From contig DASCPX010000075.1 in NCBI GenBank assembly GCA_036012755.1, forward strand, positions 1-18,887: a DNA stretch of 18,887 nt, given 5' to 3'. Shown one piece after another: positions 17,223 through 18,887 of this stretch (positions are counted from its first letter, which is position 1; every line of letters begins with the position of its first letter). The notes below the pieces were generated by a model. The model searched no databases and was not told the origin of the DNA. It was given only the letters and a program-made list of their open reading frames with translations. The translations under genes and the position numbers were made by a program. The stretch is from Myxococcota bacterium. Its GTDB lineage: Bacteria > Myxococcota_A > UBA796 > CAJQPC01.

Positions 17223-17886
17223 AGCCCAGCGGCAATCGGGCTCGGGTCTTCAGGGGCGCGCCTTCGAGGCGGGCGTCGTAGTCCACGAGCTCCACGGCTT
17301 CGATCTGGACGACCAGCGGTGGCAGCTCGCGGAGCGGCTCCAGGGCTGCGGCGATCTGGGAAGTGGGGATGTCGGCCTGGTAGCTACTGACCGTGACGTG
17401 GGGCAGGTAGGGGTGTCCGAAGCGCAGGTCTGCGCCGGTGCGGGAGCGCAGGGAGGCCAGGCCTCCGTCGGGGTCGCTGACCTTCAAGGCGGCGCAGGTG
17501 AGGAAGCTGTGGGCGCCGCCGATGGTAATGGTGAAGCGGTCTGACGGTGACATCGTCAGGGAGCGCCCGGTCACCTCCAGCTCCCAGTTGTGCACCTCGT
17601 CGTCCTGGGCGGGCATGCGTTCCCCCCGGAAGCCGGCGACGGAGAGGGTGACGTGAGCGTCCGCCGGGGCAATCGGGCGCGTAGAGAAGCCAGCCAGCGC
17701 CTGGCTGATCGAGGCCTTGCGCTCGAGCACGCGCTCGTCCTCGAGCCGCAGCATCCACAGCGCGTAGTGGACCCGTCCCCGGTGCCAGGCCTCGCGGACC
17801 CCGGGTCTCGGGCCGAGGGTCGTCGGAGCCTCTACAAAGGCCTGCCAGCTGTCGGCGAAGGTCACTCCCAGCGCTAACGGGCGCAT
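17221..17886 (-). CDS. 2H phosphoesterase (2'-5' RNA ligase-like family) protein
   Basis: Two HxT motifs (AHVTL, PHVTV); N-terminal WHRGRVHYALW. Start moved to ATG 17886 because the longer track ORF overlaps the tRNA. Confidence 0.85.
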   Translation of the reverse strand: MRPLALGVTFADSWQAFVEAPTTLGPRPGVREAWHRGRVHYALWMLRLEDERVLERKASISQALAGFSTRPIAPADAHVTLSVAGFRGERMPAQDDEVHNWELEVTGRSLTMSPSDRFTITIGGAHSFLTCAALKVSDPDGGLASLRSRTGADLRFGHPYLPHVTVSSYQADIPTSQIAAALEPLRELPPLVVQIEAVELVDYDARLEGAPLKTRARLPLG

Positions 17887-17951
17887 TGGCGGCCTGCCCG
17901 GGGCGTGGCCTCCCTCGACGGGGCAAACCCGCGTGGCTACGAGGGACCCAC

Positions 17952-18025
<74 letters not shown>

Positions 18026-18073
18026 CCCCTTACAACCTGTGTTTTCGCGTGGTCCCCTGTGGACAAGTGGTGA

Positions 18074-18095
18074 TCCTGCCTCATTCCTGCCACAT
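18074..18095 (+). repeat. Tandem 11-bp direct repeat, candidate integrase arm-type binding sites
   Basis: TCCTGCCTCAT (18074-18084) then TCCTGCCACAT (18085-18095), between the tRNA 3' end and the integrase start. Confidence 0.5.
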
Positions 18096-18109
18096 TCGAG
18101 GGTCACGGC

Positions 18110-18887
18110 ATGCCAAAGGTCGCCAAGCCGCGCCGGCGTGGGAAGGGCTTCCAGGTCAACTGGCTGGACGGCACGGGCAAGCGCTGCTGGCAAACGCTGC
18201 CCTCCTACGAAGCCGCCGTGAAGTTCCTCCGGGCCAAGCAGTCCGAGGCCGACGCGGTGCGGGCCGGCGCGCTCGAGGTCGTCGAGGACAAGACCTGGGA
18301 CGAGCTCCGCCAGCTCTGGGAGGAGGTCAAGCACGCCAAGAAGACGCTGAAGGACGACAAGAGCCGGACCCGGCTGCACCTGACTCCGGCGTTTGGCGGG
18401 CTCCGGCTGGTCGACATCACGCCCAGGCGGATTGCTCGGCTCGAGCGGGACCTCTCACGGCGCGTGGCGGTGAACACCGTGCGCCAGGTCCTGTCGCTGT
18501 TGCGGTCGATGTTGTACCTGGCCGTCGAGTTCGGCTGGCTGATCAAGGCGCCCAAGATCAAGCTGCCTCGTGCACCCGACCGCGCCTACACGTGGATCCG
18601 CAGCGAGGCCGACATGCGCAAACTGCTGGTCGTCGCCGCGGACCAGGACTACCCGGGGCTCGTCGAGTTCTACGGCATGGAGCTCTACACCGGGATGCGC
18701 GCGGGCGAGCTCTGCGGACTCCGATGGTCCGACGTCGACCTCGACCACCGGCTCATCACCGTCCAGCGCTCCTTCGCCGAGGAGACCACCAAGACCTCCT
18801 CGATCCGCCGCGTGCCGATCCTGGACCCCCTGCTACCGCTGCTCCGGGAGTGGAAGCTCCGCTGCCACTCGAGCGTGCTCGTCTTCC
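18110..18887 (+). CDS. Tyrosine recombinase / phage-type integrase (3' end beyond the window)
   Basis: Translated by hand (absent from the ORF track because it runs off the edge): MPKVAKPRRRGKGFQVNWLDGTGKR..LHLTPAFGGLRLVDIT..NTVRQVLSLLRSML..LYTGMRAGELCGLRWSDVDLDHRLITVQRS..TKTSSIRRVPI; catalytic Arg and Lys boxes present. Confidence 0.95.
   Translation, partial: MPKVAKPRRRGKGFQVNWLDGTGKRCWQTLPSYEAAVKFLRAKQSEADAVRAGALEVVEDKTWDELRQLWEEVKHAKKTLKDDKSRTRLHLTPAFGGLRLVDITPRRIARLERDLSRRVAVNTVRQVLSLLRSMLYLAVEFGWLIKAPKIKLPRAPDRAYTWIRSEADMRKLLVVAADQDYPGLVEFYGMELYTGMRAGELCGLRWSDVDLDHRLITVQRSFAEETTKTSSIRRVPILDPLLPLLREWKLRCHSSVLVF

Larger units (their letters stand above)
18026..18887 (+). mobile_element. 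Probable left end of an element (prophage/genomic island) integrated at tRNA-Arg(TCT)
   Basis: Integrase starts 85 bp after the tRNA 3' end; the second att site is not within the window. Confidence 0.7.

Overview
High-GC bacterial window, probably Myxococcota-like (inferred from MYXO-CTERM-type tails and two Hanks kinases). It opens with a truncated IS91-family transposase joined to a Sel1-repeat remnant. Then come a Ser/Thr kinase with a dCache sensor, a hypothetical membrane protein, a secreted M15-type peptidase, a bestrophin channel and a kinase-ATPase-TPR protein. A secreted M1 aminopeptidase homolog follows with all three zinc ligands replaced. Next is a three-gene operon (TPR protein plus two purple acid phosphatases, all with C-terminal sorting tails; the last gene has an in-frame TGA at a Gly position). 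The right end holds a PaaI thioesterase, a 51-bp palindromic tandem repeat whose variation is nearly all synonymous in one frame, a 2H phosphoesterase, tRNA-Arg(TCT) and a tyrosine integrase marking the probable start of an integrated element. All calls come from reading motifs by eye; no database searches were run.
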